A DNA stretch of 64,000 bases from Patescibacteria group bacterium (GCA_049293675.1 JBAQBR010000002.1:214040-278039); one strand, 5' to 3'. Shown: positions 32,941 to 42,919, counted from the stretch's first letter. Numbers and translations are program-made. Notes: generated from the sequence alone by a model not told the origin.

Positions 32941-32968
32941 TTGACATAGTTATATTATGCAATAAAAT
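32941..32968 (+). promoter_or_regulatory. sigma70-like promoter
   Basis: TTGACA-N16-TAAAAT, 25 nt upstream of ATG 32993. Confidence 0.45.
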
Positions 32969-32992
32969 AACTATTCCATATATTCATACAGT

Positions 32993-33580
32993 ATGAATTC
33001 TCCATCTCTACAGCCTCAATCATCTCCAGGACTCGATGAACTCAAGAAGAATCTAGATGGTCTTCGAGGCCTCCTGGCTCTAAGATTCTTGGATATTGCA
33101 ACGCCACTTGAAAACGCAAATGGACATCTCTCAAATATGGATCTACGGTCTATATACTCGTATTTTGAGTCTCTGTATTATGAAAAAATACGAAGAGTTC
33201 ATACTGATATAGTTGGTATCCTCAATAAGCAACTTGGTTCCCAAGATGCAAAGGTGCAGATACCAGCACTCTCACAAGTATTGGATGAGATGATTACTAC
33301 TGCTGCATGACTGACAAAACAAAATCAGGGTGTTCTATCTCCTGAAGGAAATCATGTGATTCCCCCTACCCCAGAGTATCTCTCCAAGTTGGGATTAGAC
33401 TATAGGAAGCAGCTTCCAGAAACAACCATAGAGGAACTGGCATCTTTTTTACGGTATCTCTCTGTCTATATTGAGTGGAAGGAAGAGGTAATACTTGCAA
33501 AGATTGCTACATTGGCAGCCTGACTCTCTGAGCAAAAAAGACAAAAAATCCTCGCTATTATTGATAAAAAAAATCCCTAA
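32993..33580 (+). CDS. hypothetical protein (195 aa)
   Basis: Track ORF 32993..33310 continues through TGA to TAA 33578, which lies inside the terminator stem. Confidence 0.5.
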
Positions 33581-33599
33581 CGTTTTGTTAGGGATTTTT
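33565..33599. terminator. bidirectional rho-independent terminator
   Basis: AAATCCCTAAC-GTTTT-GTTAGGGATTT hairpin between convergent genes. Confidence 0.8.
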
Positions 33600-33608
33600 G
33601 ATATATAC

Positions 33609-33980
33609 TTATCTGATGACACATGCATTGCAACTCTTGACTCTCGCGAAGGTCTCCATCATCGTATATGGGGCAGTGATGCGAGTATGTTGATCATATA
33701 CTGCACCACAGTTTTCACAGAAGGTGATAGTGATAGCGTCCTGAGGCGTTGCATCACCACACTGACAAGGGAATATGAGGCGCTCTCCAGCGATAGTCAT
33801 CTCGTGGATGAGTCCTTGAGCCTTGAACGCATCGACGATACGATAGAGTGTCGCGAGATTCATACGACTGTCTCACTTTCCGACGAGTTTTTTCTTGAGG
33901 TCGGCGAAGGTGATACGCGGACTCTCACCGAGAGCTTCGACGAACCATTTTCGTTGTTCTGTAATACGAGTATCTGACAT
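33609..33980 (-). CDS. second Fur-family-like regulator (123 aa)
   Basis: Track ORF 33609..33863 extends upstream through TGA to ATG 33980. wHTH motif (LATLYRIVDAFKAQGLIHE) and three Cys pairs. Confidence 0.6.
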
Positions 33981-34003
33981 GAAAAGTAAAATGTAAAAAG
34001 TAA

Positions 34004-34033
34004 AATGTAAAAAGTTTTCATGAGTGAAAACTT
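34004..34033 (-). terminator. rho-independent terminator
   Basis: AAGTTTTC-ATGAGT-GAAAACTT hairpin followed on the minus strand by a T-rich tract. It lies downstream of the transferase gene. Confidence 0.6.
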
Positions 34034-34100
34034 CTAGAAATTATCGAGACCCGAAATATAGTCAAAAATCAGATAAATGCAAATGTTTGCGCGTTTATTT

Positions 34101-35210
34101 TTACTTCTTCTTCACATGTGTGAGTATCTCTGTGATGAAGACTGTAATAACAGATATGACGATGAGGAGGATGATCTTGCCAGCTCCTGAGAGGACTATG
34201 GCAGAGAGTCCGAATATTGCAGTCAGTGTATAGACGATGATACGTATCTCTCGTTGTGTGAGTCCGAGTTCCATGAGGCGGAAGTGGAGATGAGAGGATT
34301 GGTCTCACTTCATCGGGTTCTGTCCTGACATGAGACGTGTTGTGACGACATAGACGAAGTCGATCACATAGATTCCGAGGACTGAAAGTGCTGTTGCTAT
34401 CTTGCCTCCTCCCACGATGGCGAGTGTCGCGATGAGGAATGCAAGCATGATAGTCCCTGAGTCACCCATGATAACCTTGCGAGAGATGTCTGCTCGTGTG
34501 AGGAAGTAGGTAATCGGTATGATGATTGCGAGGAGTGCAAGGAGGAATCGACTATTTTCTTGGCTTGCGAGTGTCTCATCGGTGAGGATGAGCTTGATTG
34601 CGAGGAGGCTAAGTATGACGAAGGATATCAACGCAAAACCACCAGTAAGACCTGGAACCCCATCAGAGAAGTTGACCGAATTAAAAACCAAAACATACCA
34701 AAATATCGTCACGATGAGAGGGATGTAGTAGATGCGATAATCTCAGATAATCGTAGAGAATGCCGAGAGATCAACTATACCACCGAAGAGTCATGACATA
34801 TATGCAATCTTGATACTGGTCAGGCCTATCACAGCTCACACACCTATCTGCATCACGAGTCTGACTATCGGAGGAACTCTGACTGGACTCTTACCTATCG
34901 TGTCCATATCATCAACGAAGCTCACAAGTGATATCCCGATTCCGATGATGAGCACTATGAGGAGTCGCTTCTCAAGCAGTGGGGAAAAGTCTCCAAAGAG
35001 GAATATCAGTGGCGTGAGGATGAGGAGCATCACGAGGACAGAGATACCTGCTCCATATGGTGCTGGAGCTCTTCACTTCTCAGACTTGTAGAGGTGCGGT
35101 CGATCGAGGAATCAGAATCTTTGCAAACAAAAAGTCACACCACGAAGCACAATCGGTGCGAGAATAGCTGAGATAATGAAGAGGGCTATGAGTTGGAGGA
35201 ATAGGGACAT
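34101..35210 (-). CDS. MraY/WecA-family polyprenyl-phosphate HexNAc-1-phosphate transferase (Glycos_transf_4)
   Basis: Track ORFs 34305..34712 and 34836..35033 share one frame and join via TGA. About 10 TM segments, with motifs NSVNFSDGVPGL and VSFVDD. Confidence 0.75.
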
Positions 35211-35261
35211 AGTGTATAGTTACGAATGGTTCAATTATGAGTTATGAGTATTTTCTTTTGT

Positions 35262-35394
35262 TTCCGTCATTTTGGTATAAGCGGGAATCCAGTGTTTCTG
35301 TTGCTTTTCTGTTTCTGATTTTATCCGTCATTGCGAGGCACGAAGCAATCCAGTGTTTTCCTTCCGTACTTTTGTAACCAAAAGTAACAAAAGT
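35262..35394. repeat. structured intergenic repeat, copy B
   Basis: A degenerate module 1 at 35262..35297, a full module 1 ATCCGTCATTGCGAGGCACGAAGCAATCCAGTGTT at 35323..35357, and module 2 with hairpin TACTTTTG-TAAC-CAAAAGTA at 35367..35386. Confidence 0.6.
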
Positions 35395-35651
35395 TCTTCT
35401 TTGGTTTGCTCATTTTGTATTCTGTTCCCGACTTGTTTTCTAAAATTCCAAACTAAGGAACATTCGGAATTTTTACAAAAACTGCGTCGACAGAATATCA
35501 AAATTCACAAAAAGAAGAAGCAAAGAGGAACAAGCAGATACTCAAAATTCAACATAACGGAAGAAGCAACTGATACAGAGGAAGATAAAGTAAAATTTTT
35601 GGACAATTTGTTCTCCTCCGTCTCCCGTTTATTGCTATTTTTCTTAATTTC

Positions 35652-36422
35652 TTACTTATTCATCCGCTTTGTTACCTTTTCCTCTATCTCGCGGTTCTTG
35701 TCATTCCAGTAGTTCACGAGAGATGCTCGCTTAAAAAACCAAAAGTACCCAAACACAACAAGAAGGATCCCAAGAGATATCTTCCCAATGTTATCAAGTA
35801 TTGCTTCATAGTTGTCGATAAAAAATACTCCAATCAGGTTGATGCTCGTCGCCCAGATGATAGAGCCAATCATGTTATATGTCCAGAATTTTTTCTCGAG
35901 CATACCACCCGTTCCCGCAATAAAAGGGATAAATGCACGTGTGAAGTTGTGAAACTTCCCGAGTGTGATATACCAGAATCCGTTTTTTTCGAGTTGTCTG
36001 TGGAGTATCTTCTCTTCAGTCTTGCCCATGCCGAACCAGTCACCATACTTTTCGATGAGTTCTTTTCCTATCTTTTTACCTATCCAGTAACCGATATAGT
36101 TCCCGAGCATCGCACCGACACTTGCCGCGAGGATAGTGAGTGCGAGGTGTTCCTTACCCCAGAATCCTCCGACGAGGATCATCACGTTCATCCCTGGAAC
36201 TGCCGTCCCGATGATAGGCAGTGACTCGATACACGCCGAAGCGAATGCGATGAGATAGTTCCAGTCCCCGAGTGACTGTATGAGTTCACCTATCCAAGTG
36301 ATAGCCGTGGTTATCCACTCCTTGCGGAAGAACGATATGAGTATGATGGCAAAAGTCGCTACCGTCAAAAGGAGAGTAACTGCCTTCGCGAGAAATATGA
36401 AGAATTGTTTGATATGACGCAT
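35652..36422 (-). CDS. DedA-family membrane protein
   Basis: Uninterrupted 256-aa ORF with the DedA pattern (ESLPIIG..PG....LVGGF; F.RFIP..R-like region). Confidence 0.8.
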   Translation of the reverse strand: MRHIKQFFIFLAKAVTLLLTVATFAIILISFFRKEWITTAITWIGELIQSLGDWNYLIAFASACIESLPIIGTAVPGMNVMILVGGFWGKEHLALTILAASVGAMLGNYIGYWIGKKIGKELIEKYGDWFGMGKTEEKILHRQLEKNGFWYITLGKFHNFTRAFIPFIAGTGGMLEKKFWTYNMIGSIIWATSINLIGVFFIDNYEAILDNIGKISLGILLVVFGYFWFFKRASLVNYWNDKNREIEEKVTKRMNK

Positions 36423-36545
36423 GCTTCGATGATATGAAAAAGGGCGAGAAGAGCAAGGGAAAAGGGAAAATAAAAATCACTCGCAAATACGAATTTTTTT
36501 CTTACAATTCAGACATGTTTCTTAATTTTTAATCATATATACAAT

Positions 36546-37190
36546 ATGGAAGCCGAAATAAAGTTATGATGATATGAAAATATTTATGTTGATTGTCCTA
36601 GTTGCAAAGAAGAGAATATTTATAATAGAATGTCTGATTTTAATAGTGGTATACCTATTTCAAGAAGAGATGATATTACTTGTTATGATTGTTGAATGCT
36701 CTTCTCGATAAAATGAGATGAAGTAGTTTCGGGGAAATGGAAATGGTTTATAAATGAGTTAAGTATTTATGAAAAACAAAAAGAATATAGAATGTATATT
36801 CTTAGTCTTTGTCAGGGATGTGAAGTGTTCTTTAGACATGCAATTCAAGCTAAGTTGATGGATGAAAACTCTTTAGATCTAGTAGCTTGAAAATTATGAT
36901 TATTTCTTTTAAAAGATGCCAGTTTTGAGAATTTAAGAAAAGCCTTTTTACTTATCTATGAAAAAGAAAAGAATAATGATAATTGAAATCTTAAAAAAAT
37001 GAAAGAAGACAAGAGAGTTGAATATTTTAAGATAATTAAGGCAACAAAAGTTAATGAAATTAGAAACAAAGTGATACATAGTAATGCTTATCGTCCAAAT
37101 TCAGAGGAAATAAAAACATTTAATAGTTTAGTGTCCTCAATCACATGGCTTGCTCGTTACTTAGATATTAAAAATCACCTTGAAATATAA
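36546..37190 (+). CDS. Zn-ribbon plus HEPN-like (RNxxxH) protein
   Basis: 214 codons that are open only with 7 TGA codons as sense, inside a very AT-rich islet. The N-terminus has CPSC...CYDC and the C-terminus has EIRNKVIHSNAY (Rx4H). Confidence 0.5.
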
Positions 37191-37213
37191 TAAAAAATAA
37201 ATTATTTTAAAAT

Positions 37214-37248
37214 AAAACGTCCCCCACCATTACGGTAGGGGATTTTTT
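37214..37248. terminator. bidirectional terminator
   Basis: TCCCC.ACC-ATTAC-GGT.GGGGA hairpin flanked by an A-run and a T-run, between the HEPN gene (+) and recA (-). Confidence 0.65.
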
Positions 37249-37250
37249 GA

Positions 37251-38291
37251 TTACTCTTCATCAGATTCTACAACTTTTCCTTTTTTTGTATCCTTTGGGA
37301 TTTTCTTCCCTCCGCGGACAGCTGCCTCCATCTCATCGAGGAGAGTAGGGTTGGCCTTGAGGAACTCTTTGGAGTTTTCACGTCATTGTCCGAGCTTGGT
37401 CTCACCATACGAGTAGAACGCTCATGACTTCTTCACGATGCCACGATCCACACCGAGGTCGATGACTTCACCAGAACGAGAGATACCCTCGTTGAACATG
37501 ACGTCTATCTCGACTTCACGGAAAGGCGGAGCAATCTTGTTCTTCACGACCTTGACCTTTACACGGTTACCCATAGCTTCCTTGTCATCACCAGTTCCTG
37601 TTTCGAGCTTTTCCTTCTTGCGGATCTCGAGACGCTGAGAGGCGTAGAATTTGAGGGCGTTACCACCCGTAGTGGTCTCAGGATTACCGAACATCACTCA
37701 GATCTTCATACGTATCTGGTTGATGAATATGACGGTTGAGTTCGACTTGTTGATGACACCCGTCACCTTACGAAGTGCCTGTGACATCAGACGAGCCTGG
37801 AGACCCATGAAGCTATCTCCCATGTTTCATTCGATTTCGGCTTTTGGCGTGAGGGCAGCAACTGAGTCGACGACGATGAGGTCGACAGCACCTGAACGCA
37901 CGAGTGCATCGACGATCTCGAGAGCTTGTTCACCATAGTCTGGCTGAGAGATGATGAGCTCATCGATATTGACGCCAATTGATTTGGCATATGCAGGATC
38001 GAGTGCGTGCTCGGCATCGACAAATGCTGCTGTACCACCTGCCTTCTGTACCTCGGCGATAGCATGGAGTGTGAGAGTGGTCTTACCAGATGATTCTGGT
38101 CCATATATCTCGATGATACGTCACTTGGCATATCCACCACCGAGAGCGTCATCGAGGGCAATTGAGCCAGATGAGCTGGTTTCGATATTGAGGTGAGTCT
38201 TCTCACCGAGTGTCATCACAGATCCGGCACCGAATTGTTTCTCTATCATAGAGAGGGCTTGAGCAAGGGCTTCTTTTTTGTTGTCGTTCAT
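37251..38291 (-). CDS. recA: recombinase RecA
   Basis: 346 codons with [19 protein letters not shown] and [18 protein letters not shown] falls at invariant Gly positions (EIEG at 37827..37829, AKGR, KIGV). Confidence 0.95.
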
Positions 38292-38481
38292 ATAGGGTAG
38301 GAATTAGTTATTAGGGATTGGGTATTAGATAGGAAGATTTTTTGCTACACGAAGAGTGAGAGTATCATAAAACCGAAGAGGATAAATATCCCTTGGTTTA
38401 CATGCCGGAGTATACGCATCATGAGTTGTGTGTAAAGTGGTTTGTTCATATAAGTATAAGAGTGAAGAAGTAAGGCTTGTG

Positions 38482-39108
38482 TTATGCAAAGAGACTGCCT
38501 GGAAACGCTCGGATGAATACTCACTGTATCGAGAAGCTATCTGTATCACCATCGAGGATGATAGGCTTATGTCTGGGATTGGTTGAGTGCGGTATGAGGA
38601 ATACACTCTCATCTCGTGACTGGAACTCCTTGAGTGTTGCTTCGTCGTTGATGAGGGCGACCACTATCTGTCAGTTCGTTGCGATGTTCGTCTGCTCGAT
38701 GAGGACGAGGTCTCCGTTCTCGACTCACTTCTTGTCCATGGAGTCACCATCCGCTCGGAGGAAGAAGTACTTCTTGTTGCCTGTGACTATCTTGGTGGAT
38801 ACTGGTATCTCGGTTTCGATATTTTCTTCGGCGAATATCGGCATCCCGCAGGCGATAGCACCGATGAGTGGTATATTGCGTACTGCGATAGAGTCAGTCT
38901 GGAGGGAAGGAGAGATCTGTATGTGATCGTGAGAGTCTCGGTATATCCATCACTTATTGGTGAGTTGTTCGAGCATGACAGATATAGAGCGAGGAGACGC
39001 ATATCCGAGTGCAGACTGAAGTGCGCGTACTGTGAGCTTCTCACCCTGTGCGATGAATTCCTTCACCTTCTGGAGGACGACTTGTTCTTTGTTTGAGAGT
39101 TTTTCCAC
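38482..39108 (-). CDS. lexA: LexA repressor (S24 peptidase)
   Basis: GTG start. wHTH domain, an A-C-G cleavage region, GDSM and ATLKEF catalytic motifs. I checked codon by codon and found no TAA or TAG. Four TGA codons. Confidence 0.8.
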
Positions 39109-39130
39109 GTGTATGTTGGTTAAGTTCTAA

Positions 39131-39180
39131 ATACATACAATGTATACATACATATATATTAATATTTTTTTTGAATGCAA
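39131..39180 (-). promoter_or_regulatory. putative lexA promoter with overlapping palindromes
   Basis: Minus-strand TTGCAT-N16-TATATA (plus-strand coordinates 39153..39180). Just downstream of it, on the plus strand, are ATACAT-N3-ATGTAT (39131..39145) and the 10-bp palindrome ATGTATACAT (39140..39149). Confidence 0.35.
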
Positions 39181-39182
39181 AT

Positions 39183-39210
39183 AAAAAATACTCGACAGTG
39201 CGAGTATTTT
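39183..39210 (-). terminator. rho-independent terminator
   Basis: AAATACTCG-ACAGTG-CGAGTATTT hairpin flanked by A and T runs, downstream of the four-helix-bundle gene. Confidence 0.7.
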
Positions 39211-39234
39211 AGTGTTTTAATATAGATATATCAA

Positions 39235-39257
39235 AGTATAGAGTATTGAGTATAGAG
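39235..39257. repeat. inverted repeat, 3' arm flanking the four-helix-bundle gene
   Basis: AGTATAGAGTATTGAGTATAGAG is complementary at 21 of 23 positions to 39648..39670. Confidence 0.7.
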
Positions 39258-39280
39258 TATTGAGGTTCGAATATTTTTTA

Positions 39281-39634
39281 TTATTCGAGATTTCTAATGA
39301 GTCATGATATGAGCTTGAGGACTTCATCGATATTTTTTTGTATACTTTTACTTTCATCTGCTCAGATATATCCCAGGTCTTCTGCGAGGATAATCTGTGT
39401 TTCTAGTTCGCAAGCAGATCATTTTGCTATATGGAGAAATCTTTTGTATTCAGTATTTCATCCTCGTCCACTTCATTCTGCTATGTTTGATGGAATCGAT
39501 ATACTTGCTCTCTGTATCTGATCTCTCAGTGCATACGTTTCTTCTTTTGGGAACGTTTGTACGAGTATATAGACTTCCTTTACGAGAAGTCTTGCCTTTT
39601 GCCATGCTATGAGTTTTTTGTAGTATGACTCCAT
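39281..39634 (-). CDS. four-helix-bundle protein (23S rRNA intervening-sequence protein family)
   Basis: MESYYKKLIAWQKA...[32 protein letters not shown]...FLHIAKGSACELETQ matches the family signature. Track ORF 39450..39638 is in the wrong frame. Confidence 0.75.
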
Positions 39635-39647
39635 ACATTTTTCAAAT

Positions 39648-39670
39648 CTCTATACTAAATACGCTATACT
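39648..39670. repeat. inverted repeat, 5' arm flanking the four-helix-bundle gene
   Basis: CTCTATACTAAATACGCTATACT is the partner of 39235..39257. It ends 14 nt upstream of the ATG. Confidence 0.7.
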
Positions 39671-39680
39671 CTAAACTCTA

Positions 39681-39938
39681 CTAGTGCTTCCTATCATAGT
39701 GTTCCTTGAGTCACTCGACTGTACCGAGAGCTATACGCTTGCCGTGGCATGTAGGGCATTCGTATATATATTCTTTCATCTTTTTACCAACTTTCTGTGG
39801 TTCGAGGTGGATTGCTTCAACGATCTTGTGACAGTCACGACAATAAAACGCAATATCTCCACGTTCAGGATTGAAGGTACTTTCGCGTTTTTTACCGAAT
39901 GAAGGAACATTCACGAGGTCGAGGTAGGCTGTAGACAT
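39681..39938 (-). CDS. small zinc-ribbon protein (85 aa)
   Basis: Track ORF 39711..39938 continues past TGA to TAG 39681. It has CRDC...CPTC. Confidence 0.5.
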
Positions 39939-40220
39939 GGAGGGAAGTGAAAAATAAGAAGTAAAATGTAAAAAGTTTCCGAAGGAAAACTGCTACTTTT
40001 TATATGAAATCAAGTATATCAAAACCCAGAGAAAAGCAAGGGAAACAAAAAAGCCGAACCGTCCTAATTATCCAGGAGCGTCTCAGCTTTTTTAGTATAA
40101 CAGACAATAGTGACAAAAGAGTGACAAAAAATGTGTTTTTTCGGAAAATGCGTAGCCCTATCTCAGACTTGAGTACTCTCCCTCTAAAAATATGAGAGAG
40201 CCAAAAATTCCAAAAGAAAA

Positions 40221-41321
40221 TTATGAGAAAAAGTCTTCGAGCCATCACTTCTTGGTCTTACCTCACTCAGATTGGAGAATTGCCTCATAGAGTTTTTTCT
40301 GGTCACTTGAGAGCTTTTTCGGTATTGCGACTTCGATGTGGAGTATGAGACTTCACTTGCCACTGCGACCGTCGAGACGCGGAAGTCCCTCATTGTGGAA
40401 TGTTATCTCTGTGCCATGTTGCGTGCCTGATGCGATATCGAGAGGTTTTTTTCCGATGATTGGTATCTCGACCATCTTGGATACTCCGAGGACTGCCTCT
40501 GCAGGGGAGACCTCCACGGTGTAGTGGAGATGCATACCCTCACGCGTGAGTCCACCTTCACGACTTGGTACATCGAATGTGATATAGAGGTCTCCGTTGC
40601 CATCACCACCACGATGACCCTCTTCACGTATCTTGATACTCATGCCACTCTCGATACCAGCAGGCACGTCGATAGTTTTTTCTATCTTTTCCTTGAGCTT
40701 GCCACTTCCATGACAGTGCTTACACTTCTCTATGATCTTCTTACCTGTACCATGACATGTGCTACATGGGCGCTGTTGTTCCATGACACCGAATATCGTC
40801 TGCATCCGCTCGCGTACCTGGCCACTGCCATGACACGTTGCACATGTCTCGGTAGTTCCACCAGCACCGTTGCAGTGATGACAGTGAACTTCGCGGGTGA
40901 ATTCAACTTTACGAGAGCTGCCACGGATAGCATCTTCGAGTGATACCTTCATCGCTATCTCGATGTCTCATCCGATATCCGCACGTCGTCTCTTGCTACC
41001 ACCACCTCAGGCGAATCCACCACCGAAAAACTGGGAGAATATATCTCCAAGGTCTCCAGCATCGAATCCCCCCTGAAAACCTCCACCACCAAAACCGCCC
41101 ATGCCTTCAGCAGAGCCGAATCTGTCATAGTTGGATTTTTTCTCGCTATCTCAGAGGACGGAGTATGCTTCGTTAAGTTTTTTGAATTCTGCTTCTTTAC
41201 CCTTGTCGCCACCGTGTCTGTCGGGGTGGAGTTCCATGGCGCGTTTTTTGTAGGCTTTTTTGATCTCATCTGCACTTGCAGTTTCACTGACTCAGAGGAT
41301 ATTGTAGTATTCTTTTGACAT
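40221..41321 (-). CDS. dnaJ: molecular chaperone DnaJ
   Basis: J domain (YYNILGV, HPD), G/F region, and four CxxCxGxG zinc-finger repeats. Track ORF 40353..40952 is extended at both ends through TGA. 366 aa. Confidence 0.9.
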
Positions 41322-41410
41322 AGTTAAAATAGAAAAAGACATAGGCATAGTACATAGAGCGGAAAAGAAAGCCCTTTCTATGACCTATGTCTATGCCTAG
41401 GCGTTAAGTA

Positions 41411-41725
41411 TTATGCGTGTTTTGCAATCGCTGCTTCGAGAGTTGCAACATCCTGTACTCCCACGAACTTCTCAACAGGTTGACCGTCCTTGAATACGAT
41501 AATTGTTGGGATAGACATGATACGGAACTGAGTTGGGATCTGTGGATCGTTGTCTACATTGTGCTTCATGATTGTAGCCTTGCCTTCAGTTTTGCTTGCG
41601 AGCTCCTCGAGACGAGGAAGCATCATCTGGCATGGACCACACCACTCAGCCCAGAAGTCTACGAGAGAAACTCCAGAAGCGATATTGGCTACGAATTCAG
41701 CATCAGTTGATATCTTGATTGACAT
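41411..41725 (-). CDS. trxA: thioredoxin
   Basis: Uninterrupted 104-aa ORF with the WCGPC active site. Confidence 0.9.
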   Translation of the reverse strand: MSIKISTDAEFVANIASGVSLVDFWAEWCGPCQMMLPRLEELASKTEGKATIMKHNVDNDPQIPTQFRIMSIPTIIVFKDGQPVEKFVGVQDVATLEAAIAKHA

Positions 41726-41831
41726 ATGATATATAGAGAATGAAAAATTAAAATTCAGGAGTTCGGAAACTTCTTGAAGAGCATTCTAAGAAAATCACTC
41801 AAAAAAGCAAGATTAATTATGAGAATTATTC

Positions 41832-42398
41832 TCATAATAAGATATCCTTTCTCTCAATAATCATAATAGAGTCATCAACATCAGTCTTCTCGAGTCGGTA
41901 GGGAATATGATTTTCCTCGAGCCAAGTATAGAGATCCTCCATCTTGTCTCGGAACTTCTCTACATCATCGATGACGATGAGGGCGTCACTCGTCATCTTG
42001 GGCAGTGTGAGGAGGAGATAGTTCAGGTATTCCTTCTTCATTGCGTCGATATATACGAAGTCAAAAAATCAGTCCGCAAGAATCGGTATTGCTTGGTTGG
42101 CATCGCACCAGATGGCGTGGATGTTTTTTATCTTGCAAGCCTTGAAGTTCTCTATTGCGAAGTTATGCATGTTCCATGCCTTCTCGAGTGTGGTGATATC
42201 CGCAGCCTCGCTGATAGCAGTTGAGAAGTGGAGTGTTGAGTATCCATTTGCGGTACCGATTTCGAGGAGGTGTTTTGGATTCTTCTCTCGAATAAGCTGT
42301 TTTAGGAATTCAGCATTTTCCTCGGAGATATTGGGGATATGTTGTTCGATTCCAACCTGTTTGAGGTGTCGGAGTGTGAGGGTGATGATTTGGGACAT
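41832..42398 (-). CDS. class I SAM-dependent O-methyltransferase (Methyltransf_3/YrrM-like)
   Basis: Track ORFs 42069..42398 and 41832..42041 join via TGA. Motif LLEIGTANGYST followed by FDFVYIDA. Confidence 0.7.
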
Positions 42399-42399
42399 G

Positions 42400-42906
42400 C
42401 TATGCTTTAGGATTATGTATTGATCTCAGTATCTCATGAGTCAATCAGTATACTCATACCATAGTCAATATTATAGTTACTAGAGGTTTTTCTTGATACA
42501 GTTTTTGTCTATTTTTTGCTATAGCAACTATATCATCAGCACCGATTCATTGCACTCTAAATCTTTTGGATCCATTATCTTCGTTCCAACTTGTATCGCT
42601 TGTATCTATCCTCTCCCATGAGTATGATCTCCATAATCAACCATCTTCTTTTTGGATATCTTTTATAACTGCTAGTATAGATTTTTCATCCATTGTATCG
42701 AAGAATCATCTTATAGTATCGAGGTTTGCTATAATCTCCTTTGATTCTTGTGGATTTTTTGATCCTATGTAGCTGGCAACCTTTGTCTGTATATCTCGTA
42801 AAAGTTTATGTACAGATTGAGCTGTATTGGCACTTTCTTTTCACTTCGATGAAACTGTTGTAAAACGTGCGGATAGTTCGTATATTCTTGCAGGAGTTGC
42901 AGCCAT
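42400..42906 (-). CDS. hypothetical protein (168 aa)
   Basis: I checked the frame codon by codon. ATG 42906 to TAG 42400, with TGA as sense. Confidence 0.45.
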
Positions 42907-42919
42907 AGATGGATAACTA

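Noticed and set aside
33985-34012. The tandem AGTAAAATGTAAA units could be a mini CRISPR array or a satellite.
   Set aside because: There are only two adjacent units with no spacers. There are no cas genes or repeat-spacer architecture anywhere in the window.
37827-37829. The in-frame TGA codons could be selenocysteine codons.
   Set aside because: They are far too frequent (dozens across unrelated proteins). They sit at Gly positions rather than Cys/Sec positions, and no SECIS-like hairpins follow them.
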